A stretch of DNA of 32,000 nt, taken from contig NC_017448.1 of assembly GCF_000146505.1 (NCBI RefSeq), positions 3,120,001 through 3,152,000 on the forward strand. The letters are read 5' to 3'. Made by a program: the position numbers and the translations under genes. This DNA comes from Fibrobacter succinogenes subsp. succinogenes S85 (GTDB lineage: Bacteria; Fibrobacterota; Fibrobacteria; Fibrobacterales; Fibrobacteraceae). The notes under the pieces were generated by a model, which had not been told where the DNA came from, searched no databases, and saw only the letters and a program-made list of their open reading frames with translations. Every line of letters starts with the position of its first letter. Position 1 is the stretch's first letter. This document shows, piece after piece, positions 24,591 to 32,000 of this stretch.

Positions 24591-27037
24591 TAGGCGCCTC
24601 GTTTCTTTGCTGCGATGTCCTGGTCAATGAGCCTGATGGTTGCCGAGTTGTCGTCTAGTTTTATATTTTTTTGAATTTCTTCTTTAAGTTTTACTAGAGA
24701 ATCTTCCTGCACGCCAAATAGACCCGTGATTTTGCCTTTTCGTACAATCTTTGTGGCAAGGAGATGGTCTAGAGCGAGTTCTTTGGACCCTCCTGCGGCA
24801 CAGACCACAGGAACGAAATTCCTGATTTGCCTTTCGAGACGGTTTCCGAAAGATACATCAAATTCCGACTTTAGTACATCCTTGAGGGAATGCATTTTTT
24901 CAGTGACCCAGGCAGCTTGCTGTTCTCCTTCATCTGATTCCTGTGCTTCGACAAATGCGTTTCTCAAATCCTCGGCGGACCAGTGGGCCGCACCTTGTCT
25001 TATCTTTTGGTAGGACGGTTTTTGAGTATTGCGCTCCATCACCATGACGTGGGCGCGGTCGTACGTCTTGTCGGCGAATTCCATGGTGGTTTCGTCATGG
25101 TTTGCGGTGCCGATAAACCACACGTTGGGAGGAACAATGATTTTTTCATTTTGGAGGTATTTGGGCCAACGGTCTGATTCCATAGTTTCTTTGGGCATTC
25201 CCGAAAGCAGCTCAACTGTTAGGGGATCAAATATGGAGCTATTTGCTTGCTCCATTGCTGAAATGAAGTCTGCAAAATATTGTTCGGGATGTGACAAGTT
25301 CATTTCGTCGAGAATTAGGAAAAATAGGCGGTTTTTGAACTGAGGCGTAGATGCGGTATAGAGCCCCTTGGAGAAGGGTTTTTCGTAGAACTTCTTTTCG
25401 AAGGCATTGTAGTAACCCAGCAAATCCTGGTTGTCGCGCCATCCGGCCTGAACAGGGATTATGCAGCTACAGGAACCGTTATCCTTCTCTGACTTGCTAC
25501 CATCGGAATTATCTCCAACGATAGAAGCGAACGCTTGTGCTAATTTGGTCTTGCCTGTTCCGCTAATACCCTGTAGTAAAATGAGGCGGCTCATGGCTAG
25601 GCCACCAACAAACAGTTGCAGAGTTTCGGGTGTATAGAAAAGGTGGGGCTGATATTGCGTCAACTGGTAGCCGACTGCATTCACGAATTCTTTAAGGTCA
25701 CCGGAATTTTGGGTGAAACTGATGTATTCGCGGTTGCATCTGCTATCGATGTTCTTGAATTCAGCAAAAATGTCCTTATTCTGGTCTTTTGCGGTAAGCT
25801 CATCGAGCTCTTTACGCAATTGGTTTTGTGCTTCTTTGAGAGCCGCGTTGTGCGTTTCCAAAGTTTTATTTAAAGCAATTAAACCTTCTGTGTCTACAAT
25901 TTTTCTTCGATAATCCATTACCTGTTTAGAGAGCGCATTCTTTTCGGCGATGGCTGATTCGCATTGGTCTTTGAAACTCTGCAAAGCATCTTCCATCTCC
26001 TGCTGGTGTTCCGGGCTCCAGGCAGAATTAAGTTCCAACTTGAGAGTTGCATTTTTATTGCGAAGATTGTTTATCAACTCCTTGGCCTCTTCGGCACTCA
26101 TCCCATCGAGCTGTGACTTGATATCCTTGTAGCTCTTTAATTGCTTTTGCAGGTTCTTATTTTCTTCATTCAAGTCTTTAATTTGATTTTCGAAGGATGC
26201 CTTGCTTTGTGCGAGTCTGTTATCATACTCAAGTTGAATCTCTTCCCTGATTTCATCAAATGCCTTTTTCCTGTTTTCATATTCCGTTTTCTCAAGAATG
26301 CATTTTTCTTGCTCTTTGCTTAAAGAGGCGAGTTTGTTTTTGTAATCTTCAGATTGCTTTTGCAGCGAGTTTCTTGTTGATTCCAGATCTTTATTGAGTT
26401 TTTCGGTAATCTCATTTTTCCATTTGGTCTCGTTTGCGATAAAGCCTGCATCGGCTTCGGCTTCTCTTTGCTTAATCTGAGCTTTAAGCCCTTCTAGGCG
26501 TTCGTCTTCTTTTTTGTTTGCGTCTTCTTTTATCTGAGCCTTGCCTTCTCTTTCGGTAACATCGTCCTCGCGTTTTTTTGCTTCACCTTCTCTTTCGTTA
26601 AGTTTGTTTTCGCGTTTATTTAGTCCATCTTCTCTGTCTTTAAGCTCGCTTTCCTTGTCTTCTTGCTCTTTAGATGTTTGTCCTAAATCTGCAATTTTGG
26701 TATCATAACCTTTTTTGGCTTTGTCGCAATCTTCCTTGGCAATCTTGTACAAGCCAATTACATCGTTGAGCTCATTTTGCAGAGCCTTAAGAGTTTCTTT
26801 TTCTTCGTCGGAAAGCTTGTTCTCTGAAGGAATTAGATTTTTGATTTTATCCAATATAGATTCTTTGGGCATGTTGATTTCTGGCGAAGCGTCGTCAACA
26901 TTAGATATGGCGGGAGCACTTTCAACAGAGGCCTTTATCGGGGTGAAAATGCTGTTCATGTCGTCTATGCTTATGGGGGCATGACGCTGAGGTGTAGAAG
27001 GTTGGTTTTTGTTCTTGTTTTTATTTTTCTTGCTCAT
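24590..27037 (-). CDS. Coiled-coil McrB-family AAA+ GTPase (CnuB-like candidate)
   Basis: 815 aa. It has a K/N-rich N-terminus, and aa ~75-430 are E/K/Q/L-rich with almost no Pro, predicting a coiled coil. Walker A is GISGTGKT (25547-25570), Walker B is LILDEMN (25298-25318), and VWFIGTANHDETT matches the McrB GTMNTAD-type specificity motif. Confidence 0.8.
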   Translation of the reverse strand: MSKKNKNKNKNQPSTPQRHAPISIDDMNSIFTPIKASVESAPAISNVDDASPEINMPKESILDKIKNLIPSENKLSDEEKETLKALQNELNDVIGLYKIAKEDCDKAKKGYDTKIADLGQTSKEQEDKESELKDREDGLNKRENKLNEREGEAKKREDDVTEREGKAQIKEDANKKEDERLEGLKAQIKQREAEADAGFIANETKWKNEITEKLNKDLESTRNSLQKQSEDYKNKLASLSKEQEKCILEKTEYENRKKAFDEIREEIQLEYDNRLAQSKASFENQIKDLNEENKNLQKQLKSYKDIKSQLDGMSAEEAKELINNLRNKNATLKLELNSAWSPEHQQEMEDALQSFKDQCESAIAEKNALSKQVMDYRRKIVDTEGLIALNKTLETHNAALKEAQNQLRKELDELTAKDQNKDIFAEFKNIDSRCNREYISFTQNSGDLKEFVNAVGYQLTQYQPHLFYTPETLQLFVGGLAMSRLILLQGISGTGKTKLAQAFASIVGDNSDGSKSEKDNGSCSCIIPVQAGWRDNQDLLGYYNAFEKKFYEKPFSKGLYTASTPQFKNRLFFLILDEMNLSHPEQYFADFISAMEQANSSIFDPLTVELLSGMPKETMESDRWPKYLQNEKIIVPPNVWFIGTANHDETTMEFADKTYDRAHVMVMERNTQKPSYQKIRQGAAHWSAEDLRNAFVEAQESDEGEQQAAWVTEKMHSLKDVLKSEFDVSFGNRLERQIRNFVPVVCAAGGSKELALDHLLATKIVRKGKITGLFGVQEDSLVKLKEEIQKNIKLDDNSATIRLIDQDIAAKKRGA

Positions 27038-28482
27038 TTGTATGCCTCGTGTAAAATATCTAACTGTTTTTCAATTCTGTTGTAAATATCAATGTAGGGG
27101 TATGGAATAGGTTTTCTGTTTGTGTTAAAATGACCGTAGGTGTTGCGCGTGTCCACCAGTTCAAGAATGAATTTAAGGTCGTCGCTCAATGACCCGTTTT
27201 TTTCCAGTCTTGCCATAAACCAAGCTAGTGGGTTTTGGGGATGATAAAGGTAAAAGATAAGATGCCTAATGAGTAGTGACTTAAGAGAAGGCTTCCTTCG
27301 AGTCATACTCCCCCATACATCATCGTTTGTCAATTTTTTCTTGATGTCTTCGTCCAGTTCTAGATTGCGCATCTTTAGGCCGCCTTCCAAGTAGTAATGG
27401 CGATCTAAATCTCTTTTGAGAGCAACCTTTTTGAGCTCATCGTTAAAGGGCGTGTTTTTTGTTCTAAGGATGCTTTCGTACATGTTTTGCATTCTAGTAA
27501 GGAATGCATCGCCTAGATCAAGCGAGTTGTCTGTATCGTCGGTAAGAAGGTCTTTTAAAACAAAGAATCTGCAAATTTCAATAATAATGTCTTCTTCAAA
27601 ATGTGGGTATCTGCCTTGAATACGATCTTGAAGCGTAATGGGAATCTCTATTGATTTAATTCCTAAAAAAGCTCCCATTTTTTCATTTTGTTCAAGGGCT
27701 GTATCTAGTTCGTTTTTGAGGAACTCCATTGGAATTTTGGACTGTTCTTCTAGCATGTCAATGCATTGAAAGTCTTCGCCTTCAGAAATTTTTTTGACCT
27801 TGACAAGCAGAAAATTGCATATTTCAGGTTCTTGGTTCCGCTTCTCAATGGAAATTATTTTATCGGGTTGCTCAATGTAGCTCGCCTTGATGTCATTGTA
27901 GTCGGACAAGGCAATATCGCAGTCGATTTGCTGGTATTCCTTCCACATATTGTAAATGTCTTCTTCCGAAATGTCTGTTGAGTTTTCTCTAACTTTGTTG
28001 GTGCGTGGGTACACAATAAACGGCTTGATGTTGCAGGGCATACCCTTGGACCCGCCGGCAATAGTGATTCCTTTTTCGTTTTGTTGGTAATCAATGGACG
28101 TGAGTTCCCCATTCATTAGGGGGTGTGGAATTAATTGTCCTGTCAACATGGATTGTAACACTACGATTCGACTTTTTTTGATTGTGGTCTCCGTGCAGGA
28201 GACTCCTTCTGGTATGTGCCACTTGTCAATCCCTTTTGTGACTTTCTGCTTGAGGTCGTGTTCAAGAATATAGCGAATTAGGGCCTCATCTAGATTGGTC
28301 AATTCATGGAGCTCTTGGACAGTCTTGTCTCCGGTCAGGAGAAGGTTTATGATTAGATCCGAAAAAAAGTTTTCGGGGATATTTGCTTCTGCTACCAGAA
28401 TATCCCATACAATGACAGGCAAGGTGAAATAATCACCCTTGGAGAGTTCACTTGAATTGCAAAATAAATTAGCAATTTCCAT
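27034..28482 (-). CDS. Protein with a C-terminal HEPN-type Rx4H motif (putative RNase)
   Basis: I prefer the ATG at 28482 (SD GAGGA, 1 nt after the helicase stop) to the track's TTG at 28503. LELVDTRNTYGHFN (R..H at 27130-27147) lies in a helical C-terminal region, and the N-terminus looks wHTH-like (TVQELHELTNLDEALIRYIL). The stop overlaps the next start (ATGA). Confidence 0.6.
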   Translation of the reverse strand: MEIANLFCNSSELSKGDYFTLPVIVWDILVAEANIPENFFSDLIINLLLTGDKTVQELHELTNLDEALIRYILEHDLKQKVTKGIDKWHIPEGVSCTETTIKKSRIVVLQSMLTGQLIPHPLMNGELTSIDYQQNEKGITIAGGSKGMPCNIKPFIVYPRTNKVRENSTDISEEDIYNMWKEYQQIDCDIALSDYNDIKASYIEQPDKIISIEKRNQEPEICNFLLVKVKKISEGEDFQCIDMLEEQSKIPMEFLKNELDTALEQNEKMGAFLGIKSIEIPITLQDRIQGRYPHFEEDIIIEICRFFVLKDLLTDDTDNSLDLGDAFLTRMQNMYESILRTKNTPFNDELKKVALKRDLDRHYYLEGGLKMRNLELDEDIKKKLTNDDVWGSMTRRKPSLKSLLIRHLIFYLYHPQNPLAWFMARLEKNGSLSDDLKFILELVDTRNTYGHFNTNRKPIPYPYIDIYNRIEKQLDILHEAYK

Positions 28483-28483
28483 A

Positions 28484-31400
28484 TTATTTTTCCTCGTCTG
28501 CAAGTTTAATAAATTCTTTTAAAGCGGGAACTTCCTCTTGTGCTTTTTCTGTTTCATACATTTTTCTATTTCCTACAATCACAAGGAGTTTCTTTTGACG
28601 AGAGAAAGCGACGTTTAGACGGTTTTCTGATTTGAGAAAGCCGAAGTTGTTCCTGTCGTTGCTGCGAACAACAGAGAAGAATACGATATCAAATTGCCGC
28701 CCTTGGAACGCGTCGATTGATCCGATTTCTAGATGCTTGTTGTCAATTTTTTTCTTGAGTTCTGCATCTGACTTAGCAATTTTATCAATGAGTCGTGTTT
28801 GTGCACTGTATGAGGCGATAACACCGATAGTTTCGTCAGTTTCCTTGATAATTTCCTTTATGCGCTTAATAATTAGCTCGGCTTCAGCCTCGTTCGTTTT
28901 GCTTATTTTCCCAGATTCCTTGCTATCGACATTTTCCCAAACCGCACACTTGCAATCTCCATTTTTCTTAGTGTATCTTGAAACATGATGAATGCAGTCA
29001 TTGGGATTTTTGCCGGTTTGAATATGTGTCTCGTCTCCGTAAAAATTTCGACTTACAAAGTCGCTTAATTTTTGCGGCATACGATATTGAGTATCGAGAG
29101 TTACCGTGCGTACAATGCCATCATTTCGTTCTGTTTTTAAATAATCCCATAAAGATTCGAATAGAGACTTTTCCATAAAGCCCTTCAATTCTTCGAACCG
29201 TTCCCTAGAATCATTGCTGCATTCCATTTGCTCTAGGATATCTTGATCAACAAGTTGGGGGAGTTGCTTGTGGTCGCCAACTAGTATAACTTTTTTTCGG
29301 GCTAAGGTGATGGGTATGAATAGGTCAAGAGGATTTGCTCGAGCAGCTTCATCGATGATGACGTAATCAAACTCAAAGTTTTTCTTACCAAGAAGCCTTA
29401 CAAAAGATTCACTTTTTGATTGCTGTACTGTTGCCGCATAGGTCATGGCGTAACGGAGCATTGCGTTTCTGATGGATTTGAATCCGACATTTTCCTTATA
29501 GCTGTTTAGAACAATCAGTTTTTGTAGGTCGGTTTGCCTGATGCGTTCTCTGATGTTGGGCTCAATGGTCGTGTCGATATAATCCTTTAGAATTGTGAAC
29601 AGCTGATTGTCAAACGAATCTGTTGGATTGGGAACCATTTGCTCAATGCATTTGTTTCTGAGTTCTTCAACCCAGTCAAGGTCTTCTTGGCTAGGTGTCG
29701 AATTCGCTAGTTTCTTTAGCTGATCGTACCCTTTTTCCAAGGCGTAACAATTCAAGGAATCCTTGCGCAAATCGTAGTATTCCAACACATGCTCAATCAT
29801 TCTCTTGCCGTCGTCATTGAATCCTGTGCTGGTTGTTCTTAATCCCATTAGGCATTGGTAGAATTTATTGTTTATTTGCTTGACTTGGAATTTCTTTTTG
29901 AATTCCTTAAGAGTATCCACTTCTGACGGAGAAAGGATGCTGTTTGTGACGGCAAGATTGATGATTTCTTGTAGTAGGTTTCGTATTTCGTAAGAAGAGC
30001 TTGCAGCGCTTAGTGCATTAAGGCTTATTTGCAATTTTTCGTATTCGATGTATTGCGTGTCGGACTGTAACTTATTTATCTGTTCATCAATTTTTTTTGC
30101 GGTATCTTCTTGCCATTTCTGGAGTCCTCTGAAGATTTGTTCCTTGTCCTTTTGTTCCCCATAAAAGCGAAATACGGGAAGTCCCCAAATTGAGCTTCCG
30201 TCAGCCACATTATCAACAGCTACGTGTTGAAAACTTGTCAATAATATGCTAGGCATTTTTTCGGGATGCTTGGGGTCTATCGATTGTAGATATTTTTGTA
30301 ATGCGTTGATAACGCTTGTCTTTCCTGTTCCGGGAGGTCCTTGGATGAGGGCTATGTCTGGTGTGTTCAGACAAACCTTTAGTGCCCTTTTTTGTGCTTC
30401 ATTGGGTCTTCTGTTACCGAATGCCGCTTCAATTTTTAGATCGTTCAGCCTTTTGGGGACGGCTGCGGAGCCGAAGGAGGGGAGCGTTGTTTTATTTAAA
30501 ATGTCTGTAATAGATGCAATAGGAATGTTGCGTGTTCGGATGTTTTCTAGTGCTGCTGTTCTGCGTTTGGATGCTATAGACCATGGTTTAAAATCTATGG
30601 CGAATCCCTCAAGTTCTAGTTTTTCGCTATTGTCATATTTAGGTTTTCTTTCGCCCCATTTCCAGGAAACTGTTCTTGTTTTCTCGTCAATCCGTTCGTC
30701 GCAAATATTGTAACTCTTACGTTTCGAGAAAACGTAGATGGAATAAGAATTCTTTTGATTGGCGTTTAGCTGATCGTATATGTTCTTGAAATTTTCTATT
30801 TCTTCGGATTTGTTTTGAAGTGTTGCGCTGCAGTTTTCTCCTTTGGCAGTTATCTTTTCAATGCGAAGAATGCCAGACTGGATTTTATAATCTTCCAGCA
30901 TCTGCGCGTCAACCTGATTATACTTTTCCCAAAGGTTTATGATGGAGTTTGGGTCTGCGGCTTGTTTAGCTAATTGTGCATTCAAAATGGGATCGCTTAC
31001 GATGGCTTCCTGTTCTGATACGAATCGAATGTGCGCAATCCCTTTTTGTACATTCAATTTTTTTTGAGGAGACTTTTTTAGATTGCTGACAAAGAGATAC
31101 TCCTTGCCGTCTACCTTCTTACTTTCGATATTTGCAACATAATTGCATCCGAGCCATCCTCCTTCCAAGTTTGAGGTATTGCTCAGAATTCTAAAGAATA
31201 AGTACGAATTTTCAGTGGTTTGGAAAAGAAACTCTTTTTTGAACCATTCTAGAGCCTGTTCTGTTTCTTTAAAACCATATTTCTTAGTGACTTCTATGAG
31301 CCTGTAGGTTGGAATGACGATATTGCATGTCTGTTCGGTGTTTCCTATAATGGTCGGTCCGCCAAAATCCCACTTGTTTAGGGTCACCTCGTATTTTTTA

Positions 31401-31630
31401 TCTGCTTGTTTTACGGAATCAACAATGTAGAGTGACTCCTGATTGTATGGAAGTGAATTTTGTGGCCAGAATATCCTTTCTGGATGATTGTAGTTTTTGA
31501 AATATCCGCTTGGGGTGAATTCCAAAACATCGTGTTTGGCGATTTCGAATTTCCCGTCATTGTCAAATATGGCGTCTATGACTTGTGCCGAAGAATTGCA
31601 TGCAATGATATTTAGTTGCTCGTTATTCAT
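28484..31630 (-). CDS. SF1B Upf1/DNA2-like helicase (AAA_11/AAA_12 type) with a roughly 420-aa uncharacterised N-terminal region (CnuH-like candidate)
   Basis: 1048 aa. Motif I is GPPGTGKT (30317-30340), followed by II VIIDEAARA, III VILVGDHKQLPQ, IV LDTQYRMPQ, V SIDAFQGRQFDIVFFSVVRSN and VI RLNVAFSRQKKLLVIVG. An insertion of about 320 aa lies between motifs I and II. Confidence 0.85.
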   Translation of the reverse strand: MNNEQLNIIACNSSAQVIDAIFDNDGKFEIAKHDVLEFTPSGYFKNYNHPERIFWPQNSLPYNQESLYIVDSVKQADKKYEVTLNKWDFGGPTIIGNTEQTCNIVIPTYRLIEVTKKYGFKETEQALEWFKKEFLFQTTENSYLFFRILSNTSNLEGGWLGCNYVANIESKKVDGKEYLFVSNLKKSPQKKLNVQKGIAHIRFVSEQEAIVSDPILNAQLAKQAADPNSIINLWEKYNQVDAQMLEDYKIQSGILRIEKITAKGENCSATLQNKSEEIENFKNIYDQLNANQKNSYSIYVFSKRKSYNICDERIDEKTRTVSWKWGERKPKYDNSEKLELEGFAIDFKPWSIASKRRTAALENIRTRNIPIASITDILNKTTLPSFGSAAVPKRLNDLKIEAAFGNRRPNEAQKRALKVCLNTPDIALIQGPPGTGKTSVINALQKYLQSIDPKHPEKMPSILLTSFQHVAVDNVADGSSIWGLPVFRFYGEQKDKEQIFRGLQKWQEDTAKKIDEQINKLQSDTQYIEYEKLQISLNALSAASSSYEIRNLLQEIINLAVTNSILSPSEVDTLKEFKKKFQVKQINNKFYQCLMGLRTTSTGFNDDGKRMIEHVLEYYDLRKDSLNCYALEKGYDQLKKLANSTPSQEDLDWVEELRNKCIEQMVPNPTDSFDNQLFTILKDYIDTTIEPNIRERIRQTDLQKLIVLNSYKENVGFKSIRNAMLRYAMTYAATVQQSKSESFVRLLGKKNFEFDYVIIDEAARANPLDLFIPITLARKKVILVGDHKQLPQLVDQDILEQMECSNDSRERFEELKGFMEKSLFESLWDYLKTERNDGIVRTVTLDTQYRMPQKLSDFVSRNFYGDETHIQTGKNPNDCIHHVSRYTKKNGDCKCAVWENVDSKESGKISKTNEAEAELIIKRIKEIIKETDETIGVIASYSAQTRLIDKIAKSDAELKKKIDNKHLEIGSIDAFQGRQFDIVFFSVVRSNDRNNFGFLKSENRLNVAFSRQKKLLVIVGNRKMYETEKAQEEVPALKEFIKLADEEK

Positions 31631-32000
31631 TTTTCACCCCAATATTTGAACAGGATGACGCTCCTGAATTTCAAGGAATCGTTTTCTTCGGAATCATCAT
31701 GTATAATTTTTGTTCGTGTGTATTCGGGGAAAAGGATTTGGTACTGTTTGCCTTCCTTGACGTCGATAAGGAGGGAAATCCCCTTTTTCAGGGTGCAGCT
31801 CTTTGTGTTTTTTTCTTTGGGAATGTTTAATGTTACCTTCAGTTCCTTCTGATCGGTCAGTAGTATGCTCAGTTGCTGCTTGGATACGTTGAATGATGCT
31901 TCGATGTTTGCCGATTTGGTTTCTGCTATGGGAATGTTCATTAGGGTAGATGTATCCTCTAGCAGGTACGCGGGATGGCTGAAAACTGTGTCTTGAATTT
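31627..32000 (-). CDS. Beta-rich hypothetical ORF, possibly truncated at its 5-prime end by the window edge
   Basis: The frame stays open from the ATG at 31941 to position 32000 (...IQDTVFSHPAYLLEDTSTL-MNIP...), so the true start may lie outside the window. The stop overlaps the helicase ATG (ATGA at 31627-31630). Confidence 0.5.
   Translation of the reverse strand, partial: IQDTVFSHPAYLLEDTSTLMNIPIAETKSANIEASFNVSKQQLSILLTDQKELKVTLNIPKEKNTKSCTLKKGISLLIDVKEGKQYQILFPEYTRTKIIHDDSEENDSLKFRSVILFKYWGEK

Noticed and set aside
25616-26984. Short plus-strand ORFs (60-104 aa) inside the coiled-coil GTPase gene and elsewhere in the operon.
   Set aside because: They are L/F/S-rich reverse-complement artefacts of the E/K-rich coiled-coil coding sequence.
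2534-28503. N-terminal extensions in the track that start at TTG or GTG (2534, 16015, 17406, 19615, 20478, 22364, 28503).
   Set aside because: In each case an internal ATG with a better-placed SD exists, and the extension overlaps the upstream gene or a terminator. I used the shorter starts, and the true starts need experimental or comparative confirmation.
29240-29290. A possible PLD-type HKD motif in the helicase (GDHKQLPQLVD).
   Set aside because: The sequence is H-K-Q rather than HxK(x)4D, and it is the canonical SF1 helicase motif III (VGDxxQLPP-type). I found no HxKxxxxD motif in any of the five operon proteins.
22050-32000. Calling the AT-rich block a prophage, ICE or transposon.
   Set aside because: No integrase, transposase, tRNA, terminal inverted repeats or phage structural genes are visible in the window. 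Only the compositional shift and the gene content support an accessory island.

Overview
The window has a roughly 50-57% GC housekeeping backbone that looks like a Fibrobacter-type chromosome. The taxon guess is from memory and rests on three features: a TIGR02147-like paralogous-family protein, a basic C-terminal tail on a secreted esterase, and an AKKPAA-repeat histone-like protein. Backbone genes are nrdG, a RecD2-type helicase, cstA, an OMP, nadA, an ApaH-like phosphoesterase, an RsuA/RluB-family pseudouridine synthase, Ppx/GppA, panB, recO, a HIT protein, an LpxL-like acyltransferase and a frameshifted Cache-PP2C phosphatase. Two AT-rich accessory stretches interrupt it. The small one (about 870-3330) carries a HARE-HTH + PD-(D/E)xK nuclease-like protein and a GNAT-like protein with an overlapping small ORF. 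The large one runs from about 22050 past the right edge of the window. Its core (22800-32000, minus strand) is a translationally coupled operon of at least five genes: an open-ended beta-rich ORF, a 1048-aa Upf1/DNA2-like SF1 helicase with a roughly 420-aa uncharacterised N-terminal region, a protein ending in a HEPN-type RNTYGH motif, an 815-aa McrB-type GTPase whose N-terminal half is a roughly 350-aa coiled coil, and a 596-aa McrC-like partner with a C-terminal 4-Cys zinc ribbon. No methyltransferase is present. This is the main candidate for a novel or poorly characterised defence system. It looks like a derived McrBC, and the closest described analogue I recall is the coiled-coil nuclease tandem (CoCoNuT) branch, which is predicted to target RNA. 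Other points of interest are a stand-alone 48-aa NrdD-type glycyl-radical peptide upstream of nrdG, an A9 homopolymer frameshift in the phosphatase gene, heptamer-repeat hairpin elements in two intergenic regions, and a HicA-like + Cys-rich small-gene pair with a sigma54-like promoter. No rRNA, tRNA, CRISPR array, transposase or integrase could be supported by eye.
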